Positions 36,985 to 46,453 of a DNA stretch of 56,473 nucleotides are shown here, piece after piece. Position numbers and translations under genes: made by a program. The notes under the pieces were generated by a model. That model made no database searches and was not told where the DNA came from. It saw only the letters and a list, made by a program, of their open reading frames with translations. The first letter of the stretch is position 1; every line of letters begins with the position of its first letter. This DNA is from Oscillospiraceae bacterium (lineage in GTDB: Bacteria > Bacillota > Clostridia > Oscillospirales > Ruminococcaceae), in assembly GCA_017548485.1 (NCBI GenBank), contig JAFYZY010000175.1:1-56473 (forward strand), read 5' to 3'.

Positions 36985-39171
36985 ATGACATTTGAAGAGC
37001 TTAAAAACGCGATAGAGAAGAGCGGAAGGAACTACGATCTGGGAATGATCGAGAAGGCCTATCTTTTTGCTGAGAAACGTCATGAAGGACAGCTCAGACG
37101 CAGCGGAGAGCCTTACATCATCCATCCCATTGCCGTAGCTTCCTATCTAGTGGACCTCGGACTGGACAGTGAGTGCATCTGCGCTGCGCTGCTGCATGAC
37201 GTCGTGGAAGACACGAACACATCGCTGGACGAGATAAGAGCAGCGTTCGGTGAAGAGGTCACGGAACTGGTCAACGGGGTCACGAAACTCGGAAAGATCC
37301 CCTTCTCCAGCGTTGAAGAAGAGCAGGCGGAGAACCTCCGGAAGATGCTTCTTGCCATGAGCAAGGACATCCGTGTCATGATCATCAAACTCAATGACCG
37401 TCTTCACAACATGCGCACCATGGACTACATGGCTGAGCAGAAACGCAGGGACAAGTCGAGAGAGACGATGGAAGTCTATGCCCCGATAGCGCACAGGCTG
37501 GGGATGGAAGGCCTTAAGGATGAGCTCCAGGATCTGTCGCTCAAATACCTGGATCCCAGGGCGTTCAATGAGATCACCGAGATACTCGAGGATCTGCAGG
37601 AGAAGAACGGCCAGTTCATCGAAAAGCTCACGCAGGAAGTCGGTGAAAGACTGAAGGAGAACGGGCTGGAGCATGTTGAGATCCAGGCCAGGGTCAAGTC
37701 GGTCTACGGGATATACCGCAAGCTCTATGAGCAGAACAGAAGCATCGAAGAGATCTATGACATCTACGCGATAAGGATCCTTGTCGACACGGTCTCCGAG
37801 TGTTATACAGCGCTCGGTGTCGTTCATGATATGTACACCCCGATACCCAAGAGATTCAAGGACTATATCTCTACTCCCAAGAGCAATATGTACCAGTCTC
37901 TGCACACGACGGTCATCGGCGAGAACGAGACGCCGTTCGAGATCCAGATCAGGACCTATGAGATGCACCGCGAGGCGGAATACGGCGTTGCGGCGCACTG
38001 GAAGTATAAAGAAGGCGTCAATGAGAGCAGCGAGAGCTTCGACTCGAAGCTGGAATGGGTAAGACAGCTCCTGGAGAGCCAGAAGGAATCTCAGGACGCC
38101 ACAGACCTGCTCAGATCCATCAAGAGCGATCTTCTTCCGGAAGAAGTCTTCGTGCTGACGCCCAAAGGGGACGTCATCGACCTTCCTGCCGGCGCGACCG
38201 TCATAGATTTCGCGTATGCCATTCACACTGCGGTCGGCAACCGGATGATCGGAGCCAAGGTCAACGGAAGGATCGTCCCGATCAACTATCAGGTCAACTC
38301 AAGCGAGATCGTCGAAGTGATACTCGGACCCAAAGACAAGGGACCGTCCAGGGACTGGCTCAACATCGCCCAGACCAGCGGCGCAAGAGCGAAGATCAGG
38401 GGATGGTTCAAGAGGGAGAGACGTGAAGAGAACATAGAGGAAGGCAAGAACATACTTGAGAAAGAGCTCCGGCGCGAGATGATCCGGATACCTGCCGAAA
38501 AGTATGATGACTTCCTCGACGAGCTCGTCAGAAGACAGCGACTCAATACGAAGGACGAACTGTTTGCTGAGATAGGCTACGGCGGCATACCCATAAACAG
38601 GATCATACCGAAAGCAAGGGAAGAATACGAGAAGATAAAGAAGGCGGAGGAGCCTCTGACGGCAGCAGTGGCATCTTTCCAAGAGGCGCCGATCACAAGG
38701 GCCAAGTCGGTCGACGGCGTCATCATAGAAGGAATGGACAACTGCCTTATCAGATTCTCAAGATGCTGCAACCCGCTCCCCGGAGACGAGATAGTCGGAT
38801 TCATCACCAGAGGCAAAGGCGTGTCCATACACAAGAGTTCCTGCAAGAACGTCATCAATACGATGAATTCGGAGGACGGGAAAGCCAGGATGGTCGCGGC
38901 CAGATGGGATGATACCATAGAGGAACAGTTCAAGGCCGATCTTATCATCTACTGCCTGGACCGCACCGGAATGATCGCGGATGTCAGCGGAAAACTGTCT
39001 TCCCTGCATATACCGATCTATTCCATGAACACATCGCCGGAGACCGACCATCAGCATGCGATCAAGCTGTCTATCGGAGTGAGCGGAAAAGAACATCTCT
39101 ATTCGACGCTTGAGAAGCTGAGAAAGATAAAGGGAGTGCTCAGCGTGGAAAGGATAGGAGCAGAAGGTTGA
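36985..39171 (+). CDS. relA: bifunctional (p)ppGpp synthetase/hydrolase (RelA/SpoT homologue, Rel)
   Basis: HD hydrolase domain (HPIAVA...LLHDVVEDT), synthetase domain (YQSLHTTV...EIQIRT..MH..AE.G.AAHW.YK), then TGS, zinc-finger (CCNP..GD) and ACT domains. Confidence 0.96.
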   Translation: MTFEELKNAIEKSGRNYDLGMIEKAYLFAEKRHEGQLRRSGEPYIIHPIAVASYLVDLGLDSECICAALLHDVVEDTNTSLDEIRAAFGEEVTELVNGVTKLGKIPFSSVEEEQAENLRKMLLAMSKDIRVMIIKLNDRLHNMRTMDYMAEQKRRDKSRETMEVYAPIAHRLGMEGLKDELQDLSLKYLDPRAFNEITEILEDLQEKNGQFIEKLTQEVGERLKENGLEHVEIQARVKSVYGIYRKLYEQNRSIEEIYDIYAIRILVDTVSECYTALGVVHDMYTPIPKRFKDYISTPKSNMYQSLHTTVIGENETPFEIQIRTYEMHREAEYGVAAHWKYKEGVNESSESFDSKLEWVRQLLESQKESQDATDLLRSIKSDLLPEEVFVLTPKGDVIDLPAGATVIDFAYAIHTAVGNRMIGAKVNGRIVPINYQVNSSEIVEVILGPKDKGPSRDWLNIAQTSGARAKIRGWFKRERREENIEEGKNILEKELRREMIRIPAEKYDDFLDELVRRQRLNTKDELFAEIGYGGIPINRIIPKAREEYEKIKKAEEPLTAAVASFQEAPITRAKSVDGVIIEGMDNCLIRFSRCCNPLPGDEIVGFITRGKGVSIHKSSCKNVINTMNSEDGKARMVAARWDDTIEEQFKADLIIYCLDRTGMIADVSGKLSSLHIPIYSMNTSPETDHQHAIKLSIGVSGKEHLYSTLEKLRKIKGVLSVERIGAEG

Positions 39172-39629
39172 AAGCGCTCGTTCAAAGAGTCAAGTATGCG
39201 AAAGTAACGATAAACGGCGAGGAGATCAGGGAAACAGGACCGGGTCTCCTTGTCTTGTTTGGGTGCGCTGTGGGCGACGACCTCAATGACTGCAGGAAGC
39301 TCGCCGAAAAGACGGCCAATCTCAGGATATTCGAGGACACAGAGGGAAAGATGAATCTGTCGGCGCTGGATCTCGGTTTGTCGGCAATGGTGGTTTCCCA
39401 GTTCACTCTGCTTGCCGACACTCACAAGGGAAACAGGCCGAGCTTCATCGAAGCCGCAAAGCCGCCTCTCTCCGTCCGCGCTTATGAGAGTTATGTCGAG
39501 ATACTGTCTTCCCTGGGATTAAGGGAGGTCAAGACAGGCGAATTCGGAGCGGATATGCAGGTCGAGATCTGCAATGACGGTCCCGTCACTGTCATGCTGG
39601 ACACGGAGGAATGGAAAAGATGCAGGTAA
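39168..39629 (+). CDS. dtd: D-aminoacyl-tRNA deacylase
   Basis: MKALVQRV... (TTG start), SQFTLLADT.KGNRPSF and GEFGADMQVEICNDGPVT signatures. About 150 aa. Confidence 0.92.
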   Translation: MKALVQRVKYAKVTINGEEIRETGPGLLVLFGCAVGDDLNDCRKLAEKTANLRIFEDTEGKMNLSALDLGLSAMVVSQFTLLADTHKGNRPSFIEAAKPPLSVRAYESYVEILSSLGLREVKTGEFGADMQVEICNDGPVTVMLDTEEWKRCR

Positions 39630-40189
39630 CGGTATTTCCTATCGGAAAACTCAGAGCCAACTGCTGTGTTGCATATGAAAAGGACGGTTCCGCGGCGGTC
39701 ATCGATCCCGGCGGAGATCCTTCTCCTGTCGCAGAGTACATGGAGAAGAACGGTCTTGTGTGCAGAGCCATCCTGCTTACCCACGGCCATGACGACCATA
39801 CTGAAGGAGTCGCCCGGCTGAAGGAGATGACATCGGCTCCCGTATACGTCGGAAGCGGCGATGCCTACAGACTGGATCAGGCTGCCGATCAGACTCTGAG
39901 CGGCGGGGAAGAACTGGTATTCGGAGAACTGAGGATAGAGGCGATACCGAGCCCGGGGCATACGGAAGGCGGCATGTGCTATTACTCCGACGGAGTCCTC
40001 TTTGCAGGGGACACCCTGTTCCGCGGATCCGTGGGACGCACTGACTTTCCCGGAGGAGATCTCAACGAGCTGAAGAGGTCCCTTTCCGCGCTGACCGAAA
40101 GGTTCTCGGACAGCGATACCACTGTGATCCCCGGGCACGGAGAGATCACCGATTTCAGACACGAACTGGAGTACAATCCGTATCTATGA
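39620..40189 (+). CDS. MBL-fold metallo-hydrolase (glyoxalase II-like)
   Basis: LLTHGHDDH metal-binding motif, PGHTEGG, GDTLFRGSVGRTDFPGGD. The ATG at 39620 is 10 nt after GGAGGA and is preferred over 39611. Confidence 0.85.
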   Translation: MQVTVFPIGKLRANCCVAYEKDGSAAVIDPGGDPSPVAEYMEKNGLVCRAILLTHGHDDHTEGVARLKEMTSAPVYVGSGDAYRLDQAADQTLSGGEELVFGELRIEAIPSPGHTEGGMCYYSDGVLFAGDTLFRGSVGRTDFPGGDLNELKRSLSALTERFSDSDTTVIPGHGEITDFRHELEYNPYL

Positions 40190-41649
40190 CGCTGTATCTT
40201 AAGGACGACAGATTCCACTACGAACTGGAAAACATAATGAGGATGTTCTTCTGGAGACCGGAGATAAAGGCCGGGGCCCCGGAGGAGGGTGAGGACGGCT
40301 TCTGTTTTGCGGAAGCCGGAAGTACCGTCATCGCCGGAGAAGAACTGCTGTCGGTGGAGTTCCGGGACGGAGATAAAAAGATCCGTCTGGAGGATACCGC
40401 GGCAGGAACAGCCGTCGAGAAGGAGATCGAGCAGAAGATGGCGGTCCTCATGTACCGCGTCCTTTCAGAGGTGACCGGCAGGAAGCCTCCCTTCGGAGTG
40501 ATGACGGGGATCAGACCGGCCAAATATATGGCGGATCTTGTCGAAAATGGAATGAGTGCCGCAGACGCAGAGAGACTGTTCGTCGAACGGTCGCTGGTGG
40601 ATCCGGCAAAGGCGCATCTGTGCAGACTTACGGCTGAGACCGGACTGAAGCTGAGAGAGCACTGCGACGACAGGGGATTCTCGCTTTATGTGTCCATTCC
40701 GTTCTGTCCGTCCAGATGCAGTTACTGTTCTTTCGTGTCAAAGACCGTTGAGAAAGACAGATCCATGACAGGGCCCTATGTGGAGGCGCTGTGCAGGGAA
40801 CTCAGCTATACGTCCGCTATCACAAAAGAGCTCGGGCTCAGGATGCAGACGGTCTATATAGGCGGCGGGACACCCACCGTTCTGAGTGAAGAAGAACTGA
40901 AGATCCTCACAGGGGCGATAGAGGACTGCTTCGGTGCTCCGACCGAAGGGGAGTACAGCGTGGAGGCGGGAAGACCGGACACCATCACGGAAGGAAAGCT
41001 GAAAGTCCTCAAGGACGCAGGAGTCACCAGGATCTCGATCAATCCCCAGACAGCCAACGACGAAGTGCTCAGGAAAGTGGGGAGAAAGCATACCGCAGCG
41101 GATATTGAGAGATGCTATGAACTGGCCAGAGCGCTGGGCTTTGACAATATCAACGCAGACCTGATCGCCGGACTGCCGGGTGACGATCTGGACAGTTTCA
41201 GACACAGCGTGGTCTGGGCAGCGGAGACGCTTAAGGCGGAGAACATTACCGTTCACGCGCTGACGCTCAAGAGAGCTTCCTTCCTAAGGGAGACCGAGAG
41301 CGAACTGTTTTCCCCGGAAGCGCCGGGGATGGTGGATTTTGCTCAGGAGGAACTCACGGGAAAGGGATATGTCCCGTACTACATGTACAGACAGAAAGGA
41401 ACGGTGGAAAGCCTGGAGAATACCGGATACGCGTTGCCGGGCAAAGAATGCCTGTATAATCTGTTCATCATGGACGAGCTCCAGAGCATCATCGCATGCG
41501 GTGCCGGTGCAGTGACTAAACTTAAGGACAGCGGAAGGAATCTTATCGAGAGGATCTTCGACATGAAGTATCCTCAGGATTATCTGCAGAGGTTCGACGA
41601 GATGCTGCGCCGCAAGGACAGGATAACGGAGTTTTATTCAGAAAAGTGA
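40186..41649 (+). CDS. radical SAM enzyme, HemN-family, HemZ-like (oxygen-independent coproporphyrinogen oxidase-like)
   Basis: CPSRCSYCSF (CxxxCxxC) cluster motif, GGGTPT, a HemN-like C-terminal domain and the long N-terminal extension typical of HemZ. Conserved position after relA-dtd-MBL. Confidence 0.8.
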   Translation: MTLYLKDDRFHYELENIMRMFFWRPEIKAGAPEEGEDGFCFAEAGSTVIAGEELLSVEFRDGDKKIRLEDTAAGTAVEKEIEQKMAVLMYRVLSEVTGRKPPFGVMTGIRPAKYMADLVENGMSAADAERLFVERSLVDPAKAHLCRLTAETGLKLREHCDDRGFSLYVSIPFCPSRCSYCSFVSKTVEKDRSMTGPYVEALCRELSYTSAITKELGLRMQTVYIGGGTPTVLSEEELKILTGAIEDCFGAPTEGEYSVEAGRPDTITEGKLKVLKDAGVTRISINPQTANDEVLRKVGRKHTAADIERCYELARALGFDNINADLIAGLPGDDLDSFRHSVVWAAETLKAENITVHALTLKRASFLRETESELFSPEAPGMVDFAQEELTGKGYVPYYMYRQKGTVESLENTGYALPGKECLYNLFIMDELQSIIACGAGAVTKLKDSGRNLIERIFDMKYPQDYLQRFDEMLRRKDRITEFYSEK

Positions 41650-41763
41650 CCGGAACGGTCTGTGCCGCAAAAAGGGACGGACGGTCTCTGTCGATATATG
41701 AACAGGATTCCCATAAATTATCAAATTTGCGTGAATTCACGGGCATACCCGCTTTCGGATTGT

Positions 41764-41792
41764 TGAATTGGCACAGGGCGTCAGATATAATT
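41764..41792 (+). promoter_or_regulatory. near-consensus SigA promoter
   Basis: TTGAAT (41764-41769), 17-nt spacer, TATAAT (41787-41792), followed by RBS AAGGAGGA and the ATG at 41824. Confidence 0.65.
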
Positions 41793-41823
41793 AGGTTGCC
41801 TATAAATCAAGGAGGAAAATATA

Positions 41824-42309
41824 ATGAGCGAGTTTTTTGATAAACTTACAAGCAAAAGCAAAGAGCTGTTTTCGGCAGCAAAAGACACCGCTAATGACCT
41901 TATCGAAAAGGGCAAGGACAAAGCGGAGGAAATGAAACTCAACCATGACCTGAGTGATACTTACGCCAAGCTCGGCGAACTGTTCTTCGAGAAAGAAGTG
42001 AACGGCGCTGAGGCAGAAGGACTTGAAGAACTCCTTGAGAAGGCGAAGGAACTCAAGGGTGGTCTCGCCGATCTGGCCAAGAAGGCTGAGGAAGCCGCAG
42101 CCGCCGCAGCAGCAAAGGCAGCAGAGAAGGCCGAGCAGGCCGCTTCCGTAGTGGAAGAAGCTGTTGAAGATGCAGTCGACGCAGTGGAAGAAGCTGTGGA
42201 AGACGTAGTGGAAGAAGCAGAGGAAGAGATGGTCGTTTGCCCCGTCTGCGGAGCAAAGTTCCCCAAGGGAACAGAGACCTGCCCGATCTGCGGAGCTTCA
42301 CTTCTCTAA
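41824..42309 (+). CDS. Ala/Glu-rich coiled-coil protein with C-terminal zinc ribbon, unknown function
   Basis: Strong RBS. Helical, low-complexity middle (AEEAAAAAAAKAAEKAEQAASVVEEAVEDAVDAVEEAVEDVVEEAEEE) and terminal CPVCGAKFPKGTETCPICG. Confidence 0.6.
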   Translation: MSEFFDKLTSKSKELFSAAKDTANDLIEKGKDKAEEMKLNHDLSDTYAKLGELFFEKEVNGAEAEGLEELLEKAKELKGGLADLAKKAEEAAAAAAAKAAEKAEQAASVVEEAVEDAVDAVEEAVEDVVEEAEEEMVVCPVCGAKFPKGTETCPICGASLL

Positions 42310-42338
42310 GATCTTGATACCGGAAGGTGGGCAATAAT

Positions 42339-44111
42339 ATGCCCGCCTTCTTTTTTAGAGGTAGAAACAACTTGTCCGTCAAGAAACAGAGCATAACAGA
42401 AGGAGCGCTTGTGCTGACTATTTCACTGGTGATAGTGAAACTGGTCGGCCTTGTTTACAAGTTCCCTCTCATAGAACTGCTGGCGGGAGGAGGCTGGGGA
42501 TATTACCAGTCATCCTATAACATCTACAGTGCTGTATATGCGGTGGCTGTCGTAGGATTTCCCGTGGCGGTCTCCAGACTTGTGGCGGGATACGCCGCCA
42601 CAGGCCGGTACAGGGATGTTGAGAACCTGAGGAAGGAATCGCTCAAACTGTTTGCCATCATCGGAGTCATCGGGTCTGCTTGCCTTATGCTTGCGGCAAA
42701 GCCGCTCACAGAGAGATTCATGCAGAACCCCAAGGCGTTCCTGTGTGTTCTCTCAGTAGCGCCGTCCATATTCTTCAGCTGCGTCATGAGCTCCTACAGG
42801 GGGTATTATCAGGGACTGTCCAACATGTACCCCACAGCGATGTCTGACGTGGTGGAAGTTATCTTCAAGGCAGTGTTCGGCTACGGGACGGCTTATGTGC
42901 TGAGTTATCTCATGAGGACGGAATATGCCGCGTACGGAACGGTCCTCGGCAGATCCGAAACGGCGGCGACTGCTTCCGCAGCCATACTGGCGGTAGCGGC
43001 GGCCGGAGCCATATCCTCGGTGACGATCTCCACCGCGGCTGCATTCTTCAGCCTGCTGATCTACTACAGAAGAAAAGGCGGGATGGTCACACAGGAACAG
43101 ATCGATGCCAGCCCGGAAGCGGAAAGACTGTCCGTGCTCAGAAAACAGATACTCAGGTTCGGGTTCCCTCTGGCGCTTTCAGCGATCACACTGAGAGTGA
43201 CGAGCCTTATAGATAATGTGACGGTCATAAGAAGCCTCAACAGCGTGATAGAGAACGATCTGCCGACGCTGCTTGCATCCCACGGAGGGCTGCTCGAGAA
43301 GTCGGGGATAGAGATCTCCGACATGGCGAACTACCTGTATGAGGTTTACGGATACGGCATTCCGCTGTTCGATCTTATCCCGACCATAACAGCCAATTTC
43401 GGAACCAGTGCACTTCCTCACATAACGACTGCGCTGAACAGAGGTGACACGGCCAAGGTAAAAGAGCATATCGAGACCATGATGGGGATCACGATGCTGA
43501 TCGCGGCGCCGGCCGGCCTCGGGATCGCCTTCATGGCCGGACCGATCCTGCAGCTGCTGTATCCGTCCCTGAGCATAGGAACGAAGCTCGCATCACCCAT
43601 GCTCTCGGTGCTCGGGATCGCTGCGATCTCCGTGTGCATGACCAGTTTCGTGAATATGATGTTCCAGGCGCTGGGAAAGATAGATCTTCCTGTGAAACTG
43701 ATGGCGATCGGATGCGCACTGAAGGTGCTGGTAAACTATGTGCTGGTATCGATCCCGTCGCTCAACATCAAAGCGGCGGCAATGGGCAATCTCATATGCT
43801 ACACTTCCATCTGCGTGATAGGGCTGATAATCATCTCCAGGCAGACAGGGATCAGGATAGATATCGTGAAGACCATCGTCAAGCCGCTGTTCGCGGGGAT
43901 CGTGACCGGTGTGGTCGCCAGATTCAGTTATTCCGGCCTTGAGAAACTGATCCCGGGCAGGATATCGACGCTCCTGTCATGTGCCATTGCGGCAGCTGTA
44001 TATATCGTGATGGTACTGCTGTTCAGGCTTATAAACAAAGAGGAACTGCTGAGCCTGCCGGGCGGGTCCAGAATAGTTGCTCTACTTGAAAAAATACATG
44101 CTCTGGGGTAG
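42339..44111 (+). CDS. MOP-superfamily flippase (SpoVB/MurJ-like polysaccharide biosynthesis protein)
   Basis: About 14 TM segments. N-terminus KKQSITEGALVLTISLVIVKLVGLVYKFPL resembles SpoVB/YabM-type proteins. Conserved position upstream of mazG. The start is ambiguous: GTG 42327, ATG 42339 or TTG 42372. Confidence 0.75.
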   Translation: MPAFFFRGRNNLSVKKQSITEGALVLTISLVIVKLVGLVYKFPLIELLAGGGWGYYQSSYNIYSAVYAVAVVGFPVAVSRLVAGYAATGRYRDVENLRKESLKLFAIIGVIGSACLMLAAKPLTERFMQNPKAFLCVLSVAPSIFFSCVMSSYRGYYQGLSNMYPTAMSDVVEVIFKAVFGYGTAYVLSYLMRTEYAAYGTVLGRSETAATASAAILAVAAAGAISSVTISTAAAFFSLLIYYRRKGGMVTQEQIDASPEAERLSVLRKQILRFGFPLALSAITLRVTSLIDNVTVIRSLNSVIENDLPTLLASHGGLLEKSGIEISDMANYLYEVYGYGIPLFDLIPTITANFGTSALPHITTALNRGDTAKVKEHIETMMGITMLIAAPAGLGIAFMAGPILQLLYPSLSIGTKLASPMLSVLGIAAISVCMTSFVNMMFQALGKIDLPVKLMAIGCALKVLVNYVLVSIPSLNIKAAAMGNLICYTSICVIGLIIISRQTGIRIDIVKTIVKPLFAGIVTGVVARFSYSGLEKLIPGRISTLLSCAIAAAVYIVMVLLFRLINKEELLSLPGGSRIVALLEKIHALG

Positions 44112-44118
44112 AATTTTT

Positions 44119-44937
44119 ATGTCGGAATTCAGGATAAAATCCAGGTATACACTCGATGATGTGCCCCTTATTATGAGGCGTCTCAGAGACCCCGAAACAG
44201 GCTGTCCCTGGGACAAGACACAGACTCACGAGTCCATCAGACAGGATCTGATAGAGGAGACATATGAGGCTGTCGAAGCGATCGACAGGGGAAACACCGA
44301 GAACCTAAAAGAAGAGCTCGGCGATATGCTGATGAATATCGCGCTCCACTGCGAGATCGAAAGAGAAAAAGGCGGATTCGATCTTGACGAAGTGGCTGAC
44401 GCTCTCTGCAAGAAGATGGTGATCCGTCATCCCCATGTGTTCGGAGACATCGTTGCAGAAGACACGGCTGCAGTCCTCAGGAACTGGGAGGAGATAAAGA
44501 GAGACGAGAAATCCCAGAAGACAGGGTCCGAAGCCATAGATGATGTTCCCAGATCATATCCGGCGCTCATCCGCAGTCAGAAGGTCCAGAAAAGAGCTGC
44601 TTATACAGGGTTCGATTACAGAGACATAAAAGAAGCATTCGCTGATCTCGAGAGCGAGATCAGTGAGCTCAGGGAAGCGATAGAAGGGAACGGAGATCCT
44701 TTCGAGGAACTGGGAGACGTGCTGTTCTCGGCCGTCAATGTAGCCAGGTTTATACCGGCGGATTCCGAACTTGCCCTGACCAGAGCCTGTGAAAAGTTCA
44801 TAGAGAGGTTCAGGATCGTCGAGGATATTGCCGCAACCAGCGGTATAGATATGAAAAAAGCAGATTTGGAACAGCTGAACAAGCTTTGGGCTGAATCTAA
44901 AAAAACACAAGGAGAAAAAGAAAATGACAAAGACTGA
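44119..44937 (+). CDS. mazG: nucleoside triphosphate pyrophosphohydrolase MazG (tandem MazG domains)
   Basis: [17 protein letters not shown], two EExxE/ELGD motifs ([10 protein letters not shown]...ELGDMLMNI and ELREAIE...[15 protein letters not shown]). Start re-called at 44119. Confidence 0.92.
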   Translation: MSEFRIKSRYTLDDVPLIMRRLRDPETGCPWDKTQTHESIRQDLIEETYEAVEAIDRGNTENLKEELGDMLMNIALHCEIEREKGGFDLDEVADALCKKMVIRHPHVFGDIVAEDTAAVLRNWEEIKRDEKSQKTGSEAIDDVPRSYPALIRSQKVQKRAAYTGFDYRDIKEAFADLESEISELREAIEGNGDPFEELGDVLFSAVNVARFIPADSELALTRACEKFIERFRIVEDIAATSGIDMKKADLEQLNKLWAESKKTQGEKENDKD

Positions 44938-45196
44938 ACTCACCGCAGAAGTCGCAAAGAAGGTCGGACTGACAAAGAAAGACGCCGCACTCGCTGTCAA
45001 TGCAGTATTTGACTGCGTTAAGGAAGCTCTGGTAAAGGGCGAGAAGGTACAGCTCGTCGGCTTCGGCAGCTTTGATGTTAAAGAGCGCCCCGCTCGCAAG
45101 GGCATCAATCCCGCAACAAAAGAGAAGATCGAGATCGCTGCTTCCCGCAGCCCGAAATTCACTGCCGGTGCAGCCCTTAAGAACGCTGTTAAATAA
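44924..45196 (+). CDS. hup: DNA-binding protein HU
   Basis: [89 protein letters not shown]. 90 aa with RBS AAGGAG. Confidence 0.97.
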   Translation: MTKTELTAEVAKKVGLTKKDAALAVNAVFDCVKEALVKGEKVQLVGFGSFDVKERPARKGINPATKEKIEIAASRSPKFTAGAALKNAVK

Positions 45197-45210
45197 TCAC
45201 ATATAAGGGT

Positions 45211-45241
45211 GTTCGGTCCCAGGCTGCGCTTGGGACCGAAC
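45211..45241 (+). terminator. stem-loop after hup (probable weak or partial terminator)
   Basis: GTTCGGTCCCA / TGGGACCGAAC 11-bp stem, but the T-tract is poor (TTCAAA). Confidence 0.45.
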
Positions 45242-45258
45242 TTCAAACCGGGAACCAG

Positions 45259-45501
45259 ATGCGTATAGACAAATTCCTCAAAGTCAGCAGAATAATCAAA
45301 AGGCGTACGGTTGCAAACGAAGTCTGTGACGCGGACAGGGTATCCGTCAACGGACGTCCGGTGAGAGCATCCTATGACGTCAAAGTCGGGGACATCGTGG
45401 AGATCACGATGGGCGAGACAGTGACGAAGTTTAAGGTGCTCAAGATCACGGAGACACAGTCGAAGGACGTAGCGAAACAGATGTATATGATCATGCACTG
45501 A
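45259..45501 (+). CDS. S4-domain RNA-binding protein (YabO/Hsp15-like)
   Basis: MRIDKFLKVSRIIKRRTVANEVCDADRVSVNGRPVRASYDVKVGDIV, an S4 fold signature. 80 aa. Conserved position after hup. Confidence 0.85.
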   Translation: MRIDKFLKVSRIIKRRTVANEVCDADRVSVNGRPVRASYDVKVGDIVEITMGETVTKFKVLKITETQSKDVAKQMYMIMH

Positions 45502-45527
45502 CGTTTTATGAGGACCGGCGGCACGAT

Positions 45528-45857
45528 ATGAAATTTGCAGCAAACAATATGACAGAGAAAGAGAAGAAGGAGCTCACCGGCTACATCAACCGGAGGAGAT
45601 TCATCCTTATACTTCTCTCTCTTTTCTGCGTATATCTGCTCATCAATGTCATCTCTATCCGCGTCAGGCTGTATGAGCAGAAGCAGCAGCTCAACCTGAT
45701 AACGGAACAGATCGCGGTCGCACAGCTGGAAAACGATGAACTCAGGCATATGATGTCCGGCACGGAGGCCGAGTACATAGAGAGGATCGCCCGGGAGAAG
45801 CTCGGATACGCCGCAGTGGATGAAAGGGTCTATGAGGACATAACCGGTATCGACTGA
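45528..45857 (+). CDS. divIC: septum formation initiator family protein (FtsB/DivIC)
   Basis: One TM (FILILLSLFCVYLLINVISI), a coiled coil (QKQQLNLITEQIAVAQLENDELRHM), then EYIERIAREKLGY, the family signature. Confidence 0.85.
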   Translation: MKFAANNMTEKEKKELTGYINRRRFILILLSLFCVYLLINVISIRVRLYEQKQQLNLITEQIAVAQLENDELRHMMSGTEAEYIERIAREKLGYAAVDERVYEDITGID

Positions 45858-45881
45858 TTTCTGCCGGTCCGGAGCACAAGC

Positions 45882-45906
45882 GATCCGCATGCAGCGGATC
45901 TTTTTT
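45882..45906 (+). terminator. intrinsic terminator
   Basis: GATCCGC ATGCA GCGGATC followed by TTTTTTGTT. The ATG at 45889 used by the ORF track lies inside this hairpin. Confidence 0.8.
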
Positions 45907-45927
45907 GTTGAAGAAAAGGGAATCGTT

Positions 45928-46401
45928 ATGTCGATCGAGAGAGTCAGGGAATTCTTCAGAAAAGAGGGAATAGAAGACAGGATCAGGGAGTTCGGAGTGT
46001 CAAGCGCCACGGTGGAACTGGCAGCCGAAGCTCTGAACTGTGAACCGTGCAGGATCGCAAAGACGCTGTCGTTTTCAGTGAACGGCAGGCCTGTGCTGGT
46101 CGTTGCCGCCGGAGATGCGCGGATAGACAACCGCAAATTCAAAGAGACATTTGAAGCAAAGGCTAGGATGCTGACTGCAGATGAAGCGGCAGAACTGATC
46201 GGGCACGCAGTGGGCGGAGTCTGTCCCTTCGCAGTCAACAGCGGGGTCGAGGTATATCTGGATGAATCACTGAAGAGATTCGAAACGGTATTTCCCGCGT
46301 GCGGGAGCAGCAACAGCGCCATAGAAATGACGATCGGGGAGCTGCAGACCTACGCGTTGCCGGAAGGATGGGTGGACGTCTGCAGGCTTCCGGCAGAATG
46401 A
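45928..46401 (+). CDS. YbaK/EbsC-family aminoacyl-tRNA editing (deacylase) domain protein
   Basis: CRIAKTLSFSVNGRPVLVVAAGDARIDNRKFKE and GHAVGGVCPF are typical of the YbaK/ProX family. Start re-called at 45928 (MSIERVREFF). Confidence 0.8.
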   Translation: MSIERVREFFRKEGIEDRIREFGVSSATVELAAEALNCEPCRIAKTLSFSVNGRPVLVVAAGDARIDNRKFKETFEAKARMLTADEAAELIGHAVGGVCPFAVNSGVEVYLDESLKRFETVFPACGSSNSAIEMTIGELQTYALPEGWVDVCRLPAE

Positions 46402-46404
46402 CAG

Positions 46405-46431
46405 CAAAAAAGACCGGCGACAAAGCCGGTC
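46405..46431 (-). terminator. intrinsic terminator for the minus-strand methyltransferase gene
   Basis: The minus strand reads GACCGGC TTTGTC GCCGGTC TTTTTTGCTG. Confidence 0.75.
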
Positions 46432-46453
46432 CGCGGTGTGAGGCAGAACTGAT

